From NCBI GenBank assembly GCA_050014195.1, contig JBEKDT010000013.1:32001-96000 (forward strand): a stretch of 64,000 nucleotides of DNA, written 5' to 3'. Of this stretch, positions 49,802-59,804 are shown one piece after another. Below the pieces are notes generated by a model. That model ran no database searches. It worked only from the letters and a program-made list of their open reading frames with translations, and had not been told where the DNA came from. Position 1 is the first letter of the stretch, and the number at the start of each line of letters is the position of its first letter. Source of the DNA: Desulfomonilia bacterium (GTDB lineage Bacteria > Desulfobacterota > Desulfomonilia > UBA1062). Made by a program: the position numbers and the translations under genes.

Positions 49802-50908
49802 TTACTGTTGAAGGGGTTCTTCTTTTGCTATGTTTTCTTGAGAATGCAACCCGGTCTGCATGATGTTCACCCCTATCACCCATGCAGATAATATCCCAAC
49901 GAAGATAAGTGGGATAACAGCTATGAAATGAAAGGTGAGAGCCAACCCTGCAGCCTCCGTTTTCGGTATCCCAAAAATCATCAAACCATAGATACCCCCA
50001 ACCTCCCAGATGCCCCAATACCCGGGCACCGAAGGTAGCATGATAAAAAAGCACACAATGATGATCGATGCGGAAGCCTGAAGAAAGGTAAGGCTTACCC
50101 CCTTGCAGCCAAATAAAAAGACATAGAATGATAAAAAGGTCAGAAGCCACACCCCAGCTGAAAGCAGAAGACAGGTCATGATCTTAGATGGATCTTTCAG
50201 AACCTCAAAACCGAGAGCGATGTTGTCAAGAATGGCATGAGACCTGGCATGAAGCCTTTCAGACAGGTGCTGTCTGAAATGGGTCGTTGTGAAGAAAAGC
50301 AATCGGGGAAACCAGGATATGCTCCGGCTGATTGCACGTCTGGTAATGGGTAACATGAATAGAAAGATAAAACCTAATAATATAAAGCTGGCAATAATGG
50401 TTTTTCCCCTTATATCTTGGAGTGTTTTTTGGTTTATTTGGTATCCGTTGAACGATAGGCTTAATGATGGGTCGATTTGAATACTTCCTATAATAAAGAT
50501 GAAGAACAAGAGCAAAGTAACGATATCGAAAATCCTCTCTACGGCAACGGTTGCAAGCACCTTCGAAAACTGAATGTTGTCTCTCTTGTAAAGTATGGCG
50601 GGCCTTGCAAGCTCGCCCATGCGACCGGGCAGGATGCAGTTGATGGTGAATGCGATAACAACAGGATGGAATGAATTCCAGAAGCCTATTTTTTTAATGG
50701 GTTTCAAGATCACCTTCCACCTCAGTGCCCTGACCAGATAGGTGGAGAGGGCTATGAGTGTTGCAGGGATGATCCACCAGAGATTTATCGTAGCTACATA
50801 GCCCAGGAGTTGCGCAAGAGGGACATTCCTGAAAGAGATGAAAATTGCCGTACCGGAGAAGGCAATGCCGATCATGAGTGAGAGTATGATTCTTCTATTC
50901 AGCTGCAT
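49802..50908 (-). CDS. Lysylphosphatidylglycerol-synthase TM-domain (UPF0104/AglD2-like) putative flippase
   Basis: RALRWKVIL, NCILPGRMGELARP, TVAVERIFD, LPSVPGYWGIWE. Confidence 0.85.
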   Translation of the reverse strand: MQLNRRIILSLMIGIAFSGTAIFISFRNVPLAQLLGYVATINLWWIIPATLIALSTYLVRALRWKVILKPIKKIGFWNSFHPVVIAFTINCILPGRMGELARPAILYKRDNIQFSKVLATVAVERIFDIVTLLLFFIFIIGSIQIDPSLSLSFNGYQINQKTLQDIRGKTIIASFILLGFIFLFMLPITRRAISRSISWFPRLLFFTTTHFRQHLSERLHARSHAILDNIALGFEVLKDPSKIMTCLLLSAGVWLLTFLSFYVFLFGCKGVSLTFLQASASIIIVCFFIMLPSVPGYWGIWEVGGIYGLMIFGIPKTEAAGLALTFHFIAVIPLIFVGILSAWVIGVNIMQTGLHSQENIAKEEPLQQ

Positions 50909-51202
50909 TTCCCGTCACAGTCTTGATAAGCAATCTTAATACAGAAGAGAAACAGTGTTGGCAAATAAAATGGTGATGAGATAGATAGAAGATGAAAGGA
51001 AATATTTCTTCCGCATAGTGGACAGAGTATACATTATGAAAATTGGTGATAAAGAAATTAATATGTTAGCCCTAATAGACGTCAACGTTATAGTGTTCGC
51101 AAAATACATTTACAAGTGTGTATTATTAGTAAGTAACAACAAATCAGTTAAATGATACCTGAAATAGTTCCGAGAAGATGGTGTGAGTGAAAGGGGTGTT
51201 AC

Positions 51203-52321
51203 ATGAAAAAAGCCTTAATTACCGGAGTCACCGGCCAAGATGGAGCATACCTGGCTGAGTTTCTCATGGATAAGGGTTATATGGTACACGGCATCAAGAG
51301 GAGATCCTCAAGTTTTAATACCTATCGTGTTGACCACCTCTATCAGGATCCGCATGAGAAGGATGTACGGTTCATCATGCACTATGGTGACCTTACCGAT
51401 TCCACCAACATTATTCGCATCATCCAGGATGTTGAGCCTGATGAGATATATAATCTGGGGGCACAAAGTCATGTCCAGGTCTCCTTTGAGACCCCGGAGT
51501 ATACGGCCCAGGCTGATGCCCTTGGAACATTACGGGTTCTCGAAGCATTACGTATCCTTAAAATGGAGAAGAAGGTGAGGTTTTATCAGGCATCCACCAG
51601 TGAACTCTTCGGCAAGGTACAGAAGATTCCCCAGGATGAAGAAACACCGTTTTATCCCCGTAGCCCTTACGGTGTGGCGAAGCTTTACGCCTTTTGGATA
51701 ACAGTGAATTACCGCGAAGCCTATGGCATGTATGCATGCAATGGCATACTTTTTAATCACGAGTCCCCCATACGTGGTGAGACCTTTGTTACACGCAAGG
51801 TAACCAGAGCAGCCAGCAGGATAGCCCTGGGGTTACAGACAAGACTCTATGTAGGGAACTTGGATTCGCTTCGCGACTGGGGCCATGCAAAAGATTTTGT
51901 AAGAGCCCAGTGGCTCATGCTTCAACAGGACAAGCCTGAAGACTATGTAATCGCAACAGGAAAACAGTATTCGGTGCGACAATTATGCACACTCGCTTTT
52001 ACAAACGTCGGTATCGAGATCAATTGGCAAGGAAAAGGAGTTGATGAGAAAGGTGTGGTAAACTCAGTAACGCCCCTGGATGGGAAGAAAAATGTCAAAT
52101 CGGGAGATGTGGTTGTTCAGGTGGATCCACACTACTTCAGACCTACCGAAGTGGAAACTTTGCTTGGAGACCCGTCAAAGGCACGAAAGAAACTTGGATG
52201 GGAACCAGTGATTACCTTTGAGGAAATGATCGCCGAGATGGTGGAGCACGATATAAAAGAAGCCCAAATGGATGTCCTATGTAAAAACAGCGGGTATAGA
52301 GTGATGGAGAGGCATGAGTAG
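51203..52321 (+). CDS. gmd: GDP-mannose 4,6-dehydratase
   Basis: [57 protein letters not shown]. Confidence 0.97.
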   Translation: MKKALITGVTGQDGAYLAEFLMDKGYMVHGIKRRSSSFNTYRVDHLYQDPHEKDVRFIMHYGDLTDSTNIIRIIQDVEPDEIYNLGAQSHVQVSFETPEYTAQADALGTLRVLEALRILKMEKKVRFYQASTSELFGKVQKIPQDEETPFYPRSPYGVAKLYAFWITVNYREAYGMYACNGILFNHESPIRGETFVTRKVTRAASRIALGLQTRLYVGNLDSLRDWGHAKDFVRAQWLMLQQDKPEDYVIATGKQYSVRQLCTLAFTNVGIEINWQGKGVDEKGVVNSVTPLDGKKNVKSGDVVVQVDPHYFRPTEVETLLGDPSKARKKLGWEPVITFEEMIAEMVEHDIKEAQMDVLCKNSGYRVMERHE

Positions 52322-52395
52322 GATGTATTTCGAATTTAAAAATCCGAAATAGTAGCAAGTTGATCAGCACCACAACGTGTTATGAGTGAAAAGCA

Positions 52396-53343
52396 ATGGA
52401 TAAGAATGATAAGATATTTATTGCCGGACATGCCGGTCTTGTAGGCTCTGCGGTAAAACGGAAACTTGAGAGCGAGGGGTATGGGAATGTGATTGTTCGT
52501 TCCTATCCTGACCTCGACCTTACGAACCAGCAGGATGTCGAATCATTTTTCTCAAGCGAGCACCCTGAATACGTATTCCTTTGTGCAGCCAAGGTCGGGG
52601 GGATTCTCGCAAACAGTATCTATCCGGCTGAGTTTATCTACGAGAATATTATGATCGCTGCAAATGTTATTCATGCAAGCTATAGGCATGATGTGAGAAA
52701 GCTTCTCAACCTAGGATCATCCTGCATCTATCCGAAGCTTGCACCTCAACCGCTCACGGAAGATTACCTCCTTACCGGTGAACTGGAACCGACAAACGAG
52801 CCCTATGCCATTGCCAAAATCGCTGCCATAAAATTGTGCAGATATTACAATAAACAGTATGAGACCGATTTCATATCGGTCATGCCTACGAACCTGTACG
52901 GCCCGGGAGACAACTTCGACCTCGAAACATCGCACGTGCTTCCTGCCCTGATCAGGAGATTTCATGAGGCAAAAGAACAAGGGAAGCCTGCAGTCACTCT
53001 ATGGGGGACAGGCAAGCCTAAGAGGGAATTTCTCTATGTTGACGACCTCGCAGAAGCCTTAGTGTATCTCATGAGTAGATGTGATGCCTCGACTATAGGA
53101 GAGTTTGTGAACATAGGCGTAGGCAAAGATATGACAATAATGGAACTTGCTGTGCTCGTTAAAGGTATTGTTGGATATCAAGGAGATATACAGTGGGATA
53201 CATCCAAACCCGATGGAACACCCCAAAAGTTACTCGATGTAACAAGGATTGAGGGACTGGGATGGAAAGCCAGGATCGGTCTTAAAGAGGGCATTCAAAA
53301 TACCTATAATTGGTATTTAGGGAAGATGAACAGCTCAAGGTGA
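52396..53343 (+). CDS. fcl: GDP-L-fucose synthase
   Basis: GHAGLVGSA, AAKVGGILAN, LGSSCIYP, EPTNEPYAIAK, MPTNLYGPGDNF, SHVLPAL, KPDGTP. Confidence 0.96.
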   Translation: MDKNDKIFIAGHAGLVGSAVKRKLESEGYGNVIVRSYPDLDLTNQQDVESFFSSEHPEYVFLCAAKVGGILANSIYPAEFIYENIMIAANVIHASYRHDVRKLLNLGSSCIYPKLAPQPLTEDYLLTGELEPTNEPYAIAKIAAIKLCRYYNKQYETDFISVMPTNLYGPGDNFDLETSHVLPALIRRFHEAKEQGKPAVTLWGTGKPKREFLYVDDLAEALVYLMSRCDASTIGEFVNIGVGKDMTIMELAVLVKGIVGYQGDIQWDTSKPDGTPQKLLDVTRIEGLGWKARIGLKEGIQNTYNWYLGKMNSSR

Positions 53344-53349
53344 TATAAA

Positions 53350-54801
53350 ATGAAATCAAGAGATGAAACCTTTGCAAAATTGAATGCCGCCCTGAAATAC
53401 CAAAAGAAGAGACAGACCCACTGGGACAATATCGCCCGAAAGAAAGACCATTGGCAGTCTATAGGTGCCTATTACCATTCAAGGTTAAGCCATATCTATA
53501 CCCACTTGGTCTCGCCTGGCCAAAAGGTGCTTGAGCTGGGCTGCGGCACAGGTGAATTGCTGGCTTCACTCAAACCATCCTTGGGTGTTGGTGTCGATCT
53601 TTCTGGTGAGATGGTGAAGCGTGCAGCCACGAAATTTCCTGATTTGCGTTTTATCCAGGCTGATTCCCATGATTTGGTATTGAATGAAACTTTTGATATT
53701 ATTATTTTATCAGACATTTTGAATGAGCTCTGGGATGTCCAGAGTGTATTCGAGAGACTTCAGAGTGTGTCGGACTCGAGGACACGCATTATAATTAACA
53801 GCTATAGCCAAGTATGGCAGCTTCCCTTGGCATTCGGTCAAATATTTGGTCTATCCACACCGCTTTTGACCCAGAATTGGCTTACCGTAGATGACATTGA
53901 GAATATGCTTGGTCTAACGGGGTTTGAGGTGATAAGGCACTGGCCTGAGATTCTCTGGCCATTCAATACTCCGATTGTTTCAGAAATATTTAACAAATAT
54001 GTTGTAAGATTGTGGCCGTTTTTTTACCTTGCACTCACCAATTTCATTATTGCACGGAAGCGGCAAGTTCCTTCTGAAAAGGAAAGCCTTGTCTCCGTGA
54101 TCATACCCGCCCGAAATGAGGCGGGTAATATCGAGGAGATCATCCGACGTACACCTGAGATGGGTAGGGAAACCGAATTGGTCTTTGTAGAAGGCAATTC
54201 CAGAGACCACACCTATGAAGCAATCGAGAGGGCCATCGCTCACCATCCTGAGAAAAAAATCAAACTTTTTAAGCAAAAGGGCAAGGGGAAGGGTGATGCC
54301 GTTCGTCTAGGCTTTCAGAATGCATCGGGGGATATCTTTATGATCCTTGATGCTGATATGACTGTACCACCTGAAGATCTCCCTAGGTTCTATAATGCCA
54401 TTATCTCAGGTGAAGGGGAATTCATCAACGGAGTAAGACTGATCTATCCCATGGAAAAACAGGCCATGCGTTATTTGAACCTTGTGGGAAACAAATTCTT
54501 CTCCATGGCCTTTTCCTGGTTGCTTGGCCAGCCCATCAAAGACACCTTATGCGGAACGAAGGTGCTCAGAAAACAGGACTATGAGAAGATAGTACGAAAT
54601 AGGTCTTACTTTGGTGACTTCGATCCTTTCGGTGACTTCGACCTCCTTTTTGGTGCAGCCAAACAGAATCTGAAGATAGTCGAGATGCCTATCCGCTATG
54701 CAGAGAGGATGTACGGTACGACGAATATTGATCGTTGGCGACACGGCTTAGTCCTTCTCAGGATGGTGTTGTTTGCATTAAAACGTATCAAATTCTTATG
54801 A
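53350..54801 (+). CDS. Bifunctional SAM-methyltransferase / DPM-like GT2 glycosyltransferase fusion
   Basis: N-terminal VLELGCGTG, GVDLS; C-terminal VSVIIPARNE, GKGDAV, ILDADM, DTLCGTK. Confidence 0.88.
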   Translation: MKSRDETFAKLNAALKYQKKRQTHWDNIARKKDHWQSIGAYYHSRLSHIYTHLVSPGQKVLELGCGTGELLASLKPSLGVGVDLSGEMVKRAATKFPDLRFIQADSHDLVLNETFDIIILSDILNELWDVQSVFERLQSVSDSRTRIIINSYSQVWQLPLAFGQIFGLSTPLLTQNWLTVDDIENMLGLTGFEVIRHWPEILWPFNTPIVSEIFNKYVVRLWPFFYLALTNFIIARKRQVPSEKESLVSVIIPARNEAGNIEEIIRRTPEMGRETELVFVEGNSRDHTYEAIERAIAHHPEKKIKLFKQKGKGKGDAVRLGFQNASGDIFMILDADMTVPPEDLPRFYNAIISGEGEFINGVRLIYPMEKQAMRYLNLVGNKFFSMAFSWLLGQPIKDTLCGTKVLRKQDYEKIVRNRSYFGDFDPFGDFDLLFGAAKQNLKIVEMPIRYAERMYGTTNIDRWRHGLVLLRMVLFALKRIKFL

Positions 54802-54895
54802 GCCGAGTAAACATACTCATGGTAGGTAATAAGCTCACACGCCGATACACTTCTGAGCATTTATATAAATTTTTTTAAGGGAAAAGAACTGATAG

Positions 54896-56911
54896 ATGAA
54901 CTTACTTCATAGCCTTAAGGACAGGAATGTTCCGGCATCAGTCATACCAATCTTGATTGTTCTGCTCATTATTGTCAGCATCCTATTCGTATATGCACAG
55001 GTCGGAAGCCATGAATTTATTAATTTTGATGATCAATTGTATGTAACGGACAATCCTATAGTAAAAGCCGGTGTTACTTGGAATGGTATTAAATGGGCAT
55101 TCAGTTTTTCTGATAGAACATATTGGCATCCGCTCACATGGCTTTCCCATATGGTGGACTGTGAGTTGTTCGGCCTTAACCCTGGAAAGCATCATCTCGT
55201 GAATGTTTTCTTGCATATCATCAACAGTATTTTGTTGTTTTTGGTTTTTATGATGATGACAGGAACTCTTTGGAGGAGTGCTTTTGTAGCTTTTTTATTT
55301 GCTTTGCATCCTATCAATGTAGATTCTGTGGCTTGGATTGCCGAAAGAAAAAATCTATTAAGCACATTATTCTGCATGTTAACCATAATGGCATATATCT
55401 ATTACTCACGCAGACCTTCTTTTTATAAATATATTCTCATTCTATTTGTTTTCACGCTTGGACTTCTTTCAAAACCCATGCTTATCTCTATTCCTTTTGT
55501 TCTCATATTACTTGATTTTTGGCCGCTTAAAAGAATTAATTTTGATTCTTTGTTGACCAGAGAACAAATATCAATAGGAATCAGCAATGGAAGACGAGCC
55601 CAAAGAACACAAGCGCTCAAATTGATAATTGAAAAAATTCCACTTCTCATTCTATCTCTTGTAATTATCGGTACATCTATCATCTCATTTCAGCACCATA
55701 GTGATGTTATTTCATCAAACTTAATAAGTACAAAGTTACGTGTGGCTAATGCCATGGTTTCTTATGTTAACTATATGGGTAAACTGATTTGGCCGAGAAA
55801 CTTGACAATATACTATCCATATCCAGCCAGTCTGCCCATGTGGGAAGTGATTGGAGCCAGTGTTTTTATTTGTACTGTGACTATTCTGGCGGGCCTTTAT
55901 GCAAAAAAATTACCATACCTAATCGTTGGGTGGCTCTGGTACCTAGGAACTTTGGTGCCTGTGAGTGGGTTGATCCAGGTGGGGCTCTGGCCTGCCATGG
56001 CTGAGCGATGGGTTTACATCCCTGCAATTGGATTATTTATGCTGGTAGCATGGTTGATTCCCGACTTGGTTTCAGAGTTCAGGTTTAAAAAACTTGTCTT
56101 GAGTACACTGGCTGTTATGGTGATCTGTATACTAATGATCTTAACATGGAGGCAAACCGGATATTGGAAAAATGATTTTATATTGTTTTCCCATGCACTA
56201 CAGGTCAATGAAAGAAACAGTATTGCATACAGTAATTTGGGCGATTATTACTTAAATATCAATAGGCCTGGAGAAGCGATAGAATATTACGATAAATCTA
56301 TAAAAATAAATCCATATGACCCTCTCGTTCAGAACAACTTTGCAATAGCCTTGCTCAAAGAAGGGCGTTATGAAGAATCTATTAAATACTTTAAAAAAGC
56401 TATCTTGAGTTATCCCAGAGATCCGCAATTATATAGTGGTCTCGGGATTGCATCTGCTCATCAGAATAGAAATACAGAGGCAATAGAATATTTTTCGAAA
56501 TCCTTAGATATTGACCCCGGCAATGCTGAAGTACATTTTGAGCTTGCTTATATTCTCAGTGAAGAGAGAAGATTTGATGAAGCCATAATTAATTTTAAAA
56601 AAGTCCTTTCTATAAATTCTTCTCATGTTGGATCATTGTTTGGGCTATCAGCCGCATATAGCCAAAAAAAGGACTATAATGCATCGATGACTTTATTAAA
56701 GAAACTTCTTGATATTCAACCTGATAACCCCAATGTTTATTATAACATAGCCTGTATCTATGCTAAACAGAACAAGGCAGATGAATCTGTTAGTTGGTTG
56801 AATAAAGCTGTTCAGAAGGGATTCAACAAATGGAACCTTATGAAATCGGATAGTGATCTGGATAATATTCGGGGGAACAGGGAATATTTTGATATTATTA
56901 AGGGAAAATGA
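54896..56911 (+). CDS. TMTC-like GT-C glycosyltransferase with TPRs
   Basis: FINFDD, WHPLTWLSH, HPINVDSVAWIAERK, SKPM, AERWVYIP, TPRs and YYNIAC..KGF..DSDL cap. Paralogue of 47896..49779. Confidence 0.82.
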   Translation: MNLLHSLKDRNVPASVIPILIVLLIIVSILFVYAQVGSHEFINFDDQLYVTDNPIVKAGVTWNGIKWAFSFSDRTYWHPLTWLSHMVDCELFGLNPGKHHLVNVFLHIINSILLFLVFMMMTGTLWRSAFVAFLFALHPINVDSVAWIAERKNLLSTLFCMLTIMAYIYYSRRPSFYKYILILFVFTLGLLSKPMLISIPFVLILLDFWPLKRINFDSLLTREQISIGISNGRRAQRTQALKLIIEKIPLLILSLVIIGTSIISFQHHSDVISSNLISTKLRVANAMVSYVNYMGKLIWPRNLTIYYPYPASLPMWEVIGASVFICTVTILAGLYAKKLPYLIVGWLWYLGTLVPVSGLIQVGLWPAMAERWVYIPAIGLFMLVAWLIPDLVSEFRFKKLVLSTLAVMVICILMILTWRQTGYWKNDFILFSHALQVNERNSIAYSNLGDYYLNINRPGEAIEYYDKSIKINPYDPLVQNNFAIALLKEGRYEESIKYFKKAILSYPRDPQLYSGLGIASAHQNRNTEAIEYFSKSLDIDPGNAEVHFELAYILSEERRFDEAIINFKKVLSINSSHVGSLFGLSAAYSQKKDYNASMTLLKKLLDIQPDNPNVYYNIACIYAKQNKADESVSWLNKAVQKGFNKWNLMKSDSDLDNIRGNREYFDIIKGK

Positions 56912-57111
56912 ATATATATTACAATATAGCATGTGTTTATGCGAAGCAAAATATGGTTACTGAATCAGTGTCATGGTTAGGCAAGGCGATTCAAATGGGA
57001 TTCAGCAATTACGATTTGATAAAGACAGACCCTGATCTTGCTCATATCAGAGATACCGAACTCATGAATAATATTTTGAAATCTGTTAATGCCAAGAGTA
57101 TAATAAAATAG
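56908..57111 (+). CDS. Stand-alone copy of the TPR C-terminal cap domain (remnant or frameshift extension)
   Basis: NIYYNIACVYAKQN..ESVSWL.KA...GF..YDLIKTDPDL repeats the last about 55 aa of the upstream gene; ATGA overlap. Confidence 0.6.
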   Translation: MNIYYNIACVYAKQNMVTESVSWLGKAIQMGFSNYDLIKTDPDLAHIRDTELMNNILKSVNAKSIIK

Positions 57112-57210
57112 TAAGCAGAGAATAATTTTCTTATTGATGTTCTATTAAAAGGTTTGAATGGAATTAACCGATTAGAAGGATGAGAGCCATTTAAAACTGC
57201 AGGTGGAATA

Positions 57211-58158
57211 ATGAATGTCACAATAGTCGTACCTGTCTACAACAGCAGTACCATACTTCCCGATCTCGTAGTACGGCTGAATCCTGTCCTAGCAGCCAAC
57301 TATGAAACATATGAGCTTATTCTTGTGAATGATGGGAGTAGGGATGAAAGCTGGAATGTTATATGCTCTTTGGTTTCCCAGCATTCTTGGATCCGGGGAG
57401 TAAATCTCATGAGGAACTATGGACAGCACAATGCTATTCTCTGCGGCATCCGTTTGGCTCAATTTGAAGCCATCGTGACCATGGATGATGACCTTCAGCA
57501 TCCGCCCGAAGAGATTCCTCGGCTCACAAATAAGCTGAGCGAAGGATATGATGTCGTTTACGGAACGCCCATAGAACAGAAGCATGGATTATGGAGGGAC
57601 ATGGCCTCCATCATCACGAAGGCATCACTGCAAGCCGCTATCGGGGCTGAAACGGCAAGAATGGTAAGCGCGTTCAGGGTATTTCGAACACAAGTCAGAA
57701 AAGCCTTTGAAGATTATCGTGGGTCTTTTGTTTCATTGGATGTTTTGCTCACCTGGGGCACGACGCACTTTACTGCTGTTCCGGTCAGACATGACCAAAG
57801 AAAGAAGGGGATCTCAAACTATACTATCTGGAAATTGATTAACCATGCCGTGAACATGATGACCGGATTCAGCCCTGTGCCGCTTCAGCTTGCAAGCATT
57901 ATAGGGTTCCTGTTCACAATCTTTGGATTTGTAATACTCGTATATGTAGTAGGGAATTATTTTATTCATGGAGGCAGTGTACCGGGATTCTCCTTCCTGG
58001 CATGCATGATAGCCATATTCTCCGGGGTTCAGCTCCTGATGCTTGGCATCTTCGGCGAGTACCTTGCCCGTGTCCATTTCCGCACCATGGATCGGCCCAG
58101 CAGCATCATCCGAGAAATCAGAGAGCCGCGATCTAACGTTGAAGAAGACCGTATATGA
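57211..58158 (+). CDS. ArnC/GtrB-like undecaprenyl-phosphate glycosyltransferase
   Basis: VVPVYN, VNDGSRD, RNYGQHNA, TMDDDLQHPPEEI, two C-terminal TMs, GEYLAR. Confidence 0.9.
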   Translation: MNVTIVVPVYNSSTILPDLVVRLNPVLAANYETYELILVNDGSRDESWNVICSLVSQHSWIRGVNLMRNYGQHNAILCGIRLAQFEAIVTMDDDLQHPPEEIPRLTNKLSEGYDVVYGTPIEQKHGLWRDMASIITKASLQAAIGAETARMVSAFRVFRTQVRKAFEDYRGSFVSLDVLLTWGTTHFTAVPVRHDQRKKGISNYTIWKLINHAVNMMTGFSPVPLQLASIIGFLFTIFGFVILVYVVGNYFIHGGSVPGFSFLACMIAIFSGVQLLMLGIFGEYLARVHFRTMDRPSSIIREIREPRSNVEEDRI

Positions 58159-58925
58159 GTAAAGAACAAAACCCGATCTCGCTCTCAGTCCTTGATGAAG
58201 AACGTTTCGGTATAAGGATTGCTAAGGCTCCACTGGTGAAGATCGAGGCCATCCCCCATATGCTGGATTTTTGCAAAGCGAATCAGGTGGAACTCCTTAT
58301 TTCCCGCTGCTCCACAGAAGACCTGAAAGCAGCCCAGGAAATGGAGAGATTAGGTTTCTCTCTCATGGACACGCTCATATATTTTATCCGCGACCTTAAT
58401 ATAAAACCGATTTCCAATGAAGATCCAGAAGTTCATGTGAGGAATTTTGAACAGGGTGAAGAACATTCAGTCAAGTCCATAGCCAGAGAATCCTTCCATG
58501 GCTATCTCAGCCATTATCATGCAGACAGCAGGCTCGATAAAAAGAAATGTGATGAAGTCTATACTGACTGGGCTTACAGGTCTTGTGTCTCTACAATGGT
58601 AGCCGATCAAGTACTTGTTGCAGAGAAAAATGGAGAGATAATCGGTTTTGGAACCATGCGTATGAACAACGCGATAGAAGGGGAAGGCCTTCTCTTCGGG
58701 GTTGTCCCTTCATTACAGAGGCAAGGTGTTTATCGGTCAATTATAGTGAAATGCTTGCAATGGTGTACTGTAAGAAAACTTCATGTCATGACTATCTCAA
58801 CACAGATCACTAATTTGGCTAGTCAGAAGGTATGGATCCGCCTTGGATTCGAGCCGAACCATTCATACTATACTTTTCACAAGTGGTTTTCTGAGCTTGA
58901 AAACAGAGACTTTAAGAGGTCATGA
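58155..58925 (+). CDS. GNAT N-acetyltransferase, WecD/RffC-like (dTDP-4-amino-sugar acetylase)
   Basis: SHYHADSRL..Y.DW, GV.PSLQRQG, STQITN; adjacent to wecE. Confidence 0.75.
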   Translation: MSKEQNPISLSVLDEERFGIRIAKAPLVKIEAIPHMLDFCKANQVELLISRCSTEDLKAAQEMERLGFSLMDTLIYFIRDLNIKPISNEDPEVHVRNFEQGEEHSVKSIARESFHGYLSHYHADSRLDKKKCDEVYTDWAYRSCVSTMVADQVLVAEKNGEIIGFGTMRMNNAIEGEGLLFGVVPSLQRQGVYRSIIVKCLQWCTVRKLHVMTISTQITNLASQKVWIRLGFEPNHSYYTFHKWFSELENRDFKRS

Positions 58926-59803
58926 GAGTCTGTACCTTCTGTGGGCAGCGATTTGCATCGAATGACTGGCAGTGCCCCCGGTGTGGATGGGCACCTTTAA
59001 TTCGCAAGGGGTTCATTTCTTTTCTTAATGAAGATCCACTATCCGGAGAGTCCTTTGATTCAGAATATTTTGCCAGGTTACACCATCTAGAAAAGGAAAA
59101 TTTCTGGTTTCAGCACCGCACAAGGCTCATTATCAGGGCTATCGAGGAGTACTTCCCCTATAGTAAGAAAATTCTTGAGATCGGATGTGGTACAGGTCTT
59201 GTCCTCTCCGAGGTCGGACGAAGTTTCTCGGATGTGTCCCTGTCAGGAAGCGATTTATTTGTGGAAGGGCTCCATTTTGCTAAGTCAAGGATGCCGGATG
59301 CTGCCTTCTACCAGATGGATGCTTGCTGCATGCCCTTTGAAGATGAATTTGACCTTATCTTGGCACTGGATGTACTCGAACATATTGAAGACGATTCCAG
59401 GGCGATAAATGAGTTATGCAGATCGCTTAAATATGGTGGAGGGTTGATCATAACTGTTCCCCAGCACCAGTGGCTCTGGTCGATTCAGGATGAGAAGGCT
59501 TATCATAAAAGAAGATATGCCAGGAAAGAGTTAATGGATAAGTTGGTAAAAAACGGATTCCAGGTTATTTATGCAACTTCCTTTATTACACTATTGCTTC
59601 CAGTATTGGTCTTTTCAAGGATTTATGGCAGGATTATTACAAGAACCCAGTATGAGTATGACCCAATGAGGGAATTAAAGATTGCTTATTCACTCAATAG
59701 GATTCTTTGTATCATATCCAAGACTGAAGAACTTTTATTGAGAGCTGGTATTTCTTTTCCTGCTGGGGGGTCGCTGCTCTGCATTGGGAGAAAAGGACGT
59801 TGA
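58922..59803 (+). CDS. Class I SAM methyltransferase with N-terminal zinc-ribbon
   Basis: CTFC..CPRC, NFWF..R, LEIGCGTG, LDVLEHIEDD, TVP..WS..D...H.RRY. Confidence 0.88.
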   Translation: MRVCTFCGQRFASNDWQCPRCGWAPLIRKGFISFLNEDPLSGESFDSEYFARLHHLEKENFWFQHRTRLIIRAIEEYFPYSKKILEIGCGTGLVLSEVGRSFSDVSLSGSDLFVEGLHFAKSRMPDAAFYQMDACCMPFEDEFDLILALDVLEHIEDDSRAINELCRSLKYGGGLIITVPQHQWLWSIQDEKAYHKRRYARKELMDKLVKNGFQVIYATSFITLLLPVLVFSRIYGRIITRTQYEYDPMRELKIAYSLNRILCIISKTEELLLRAGISFPAGGSLLCIGRKGR

Positions 59804-59804
59804 T

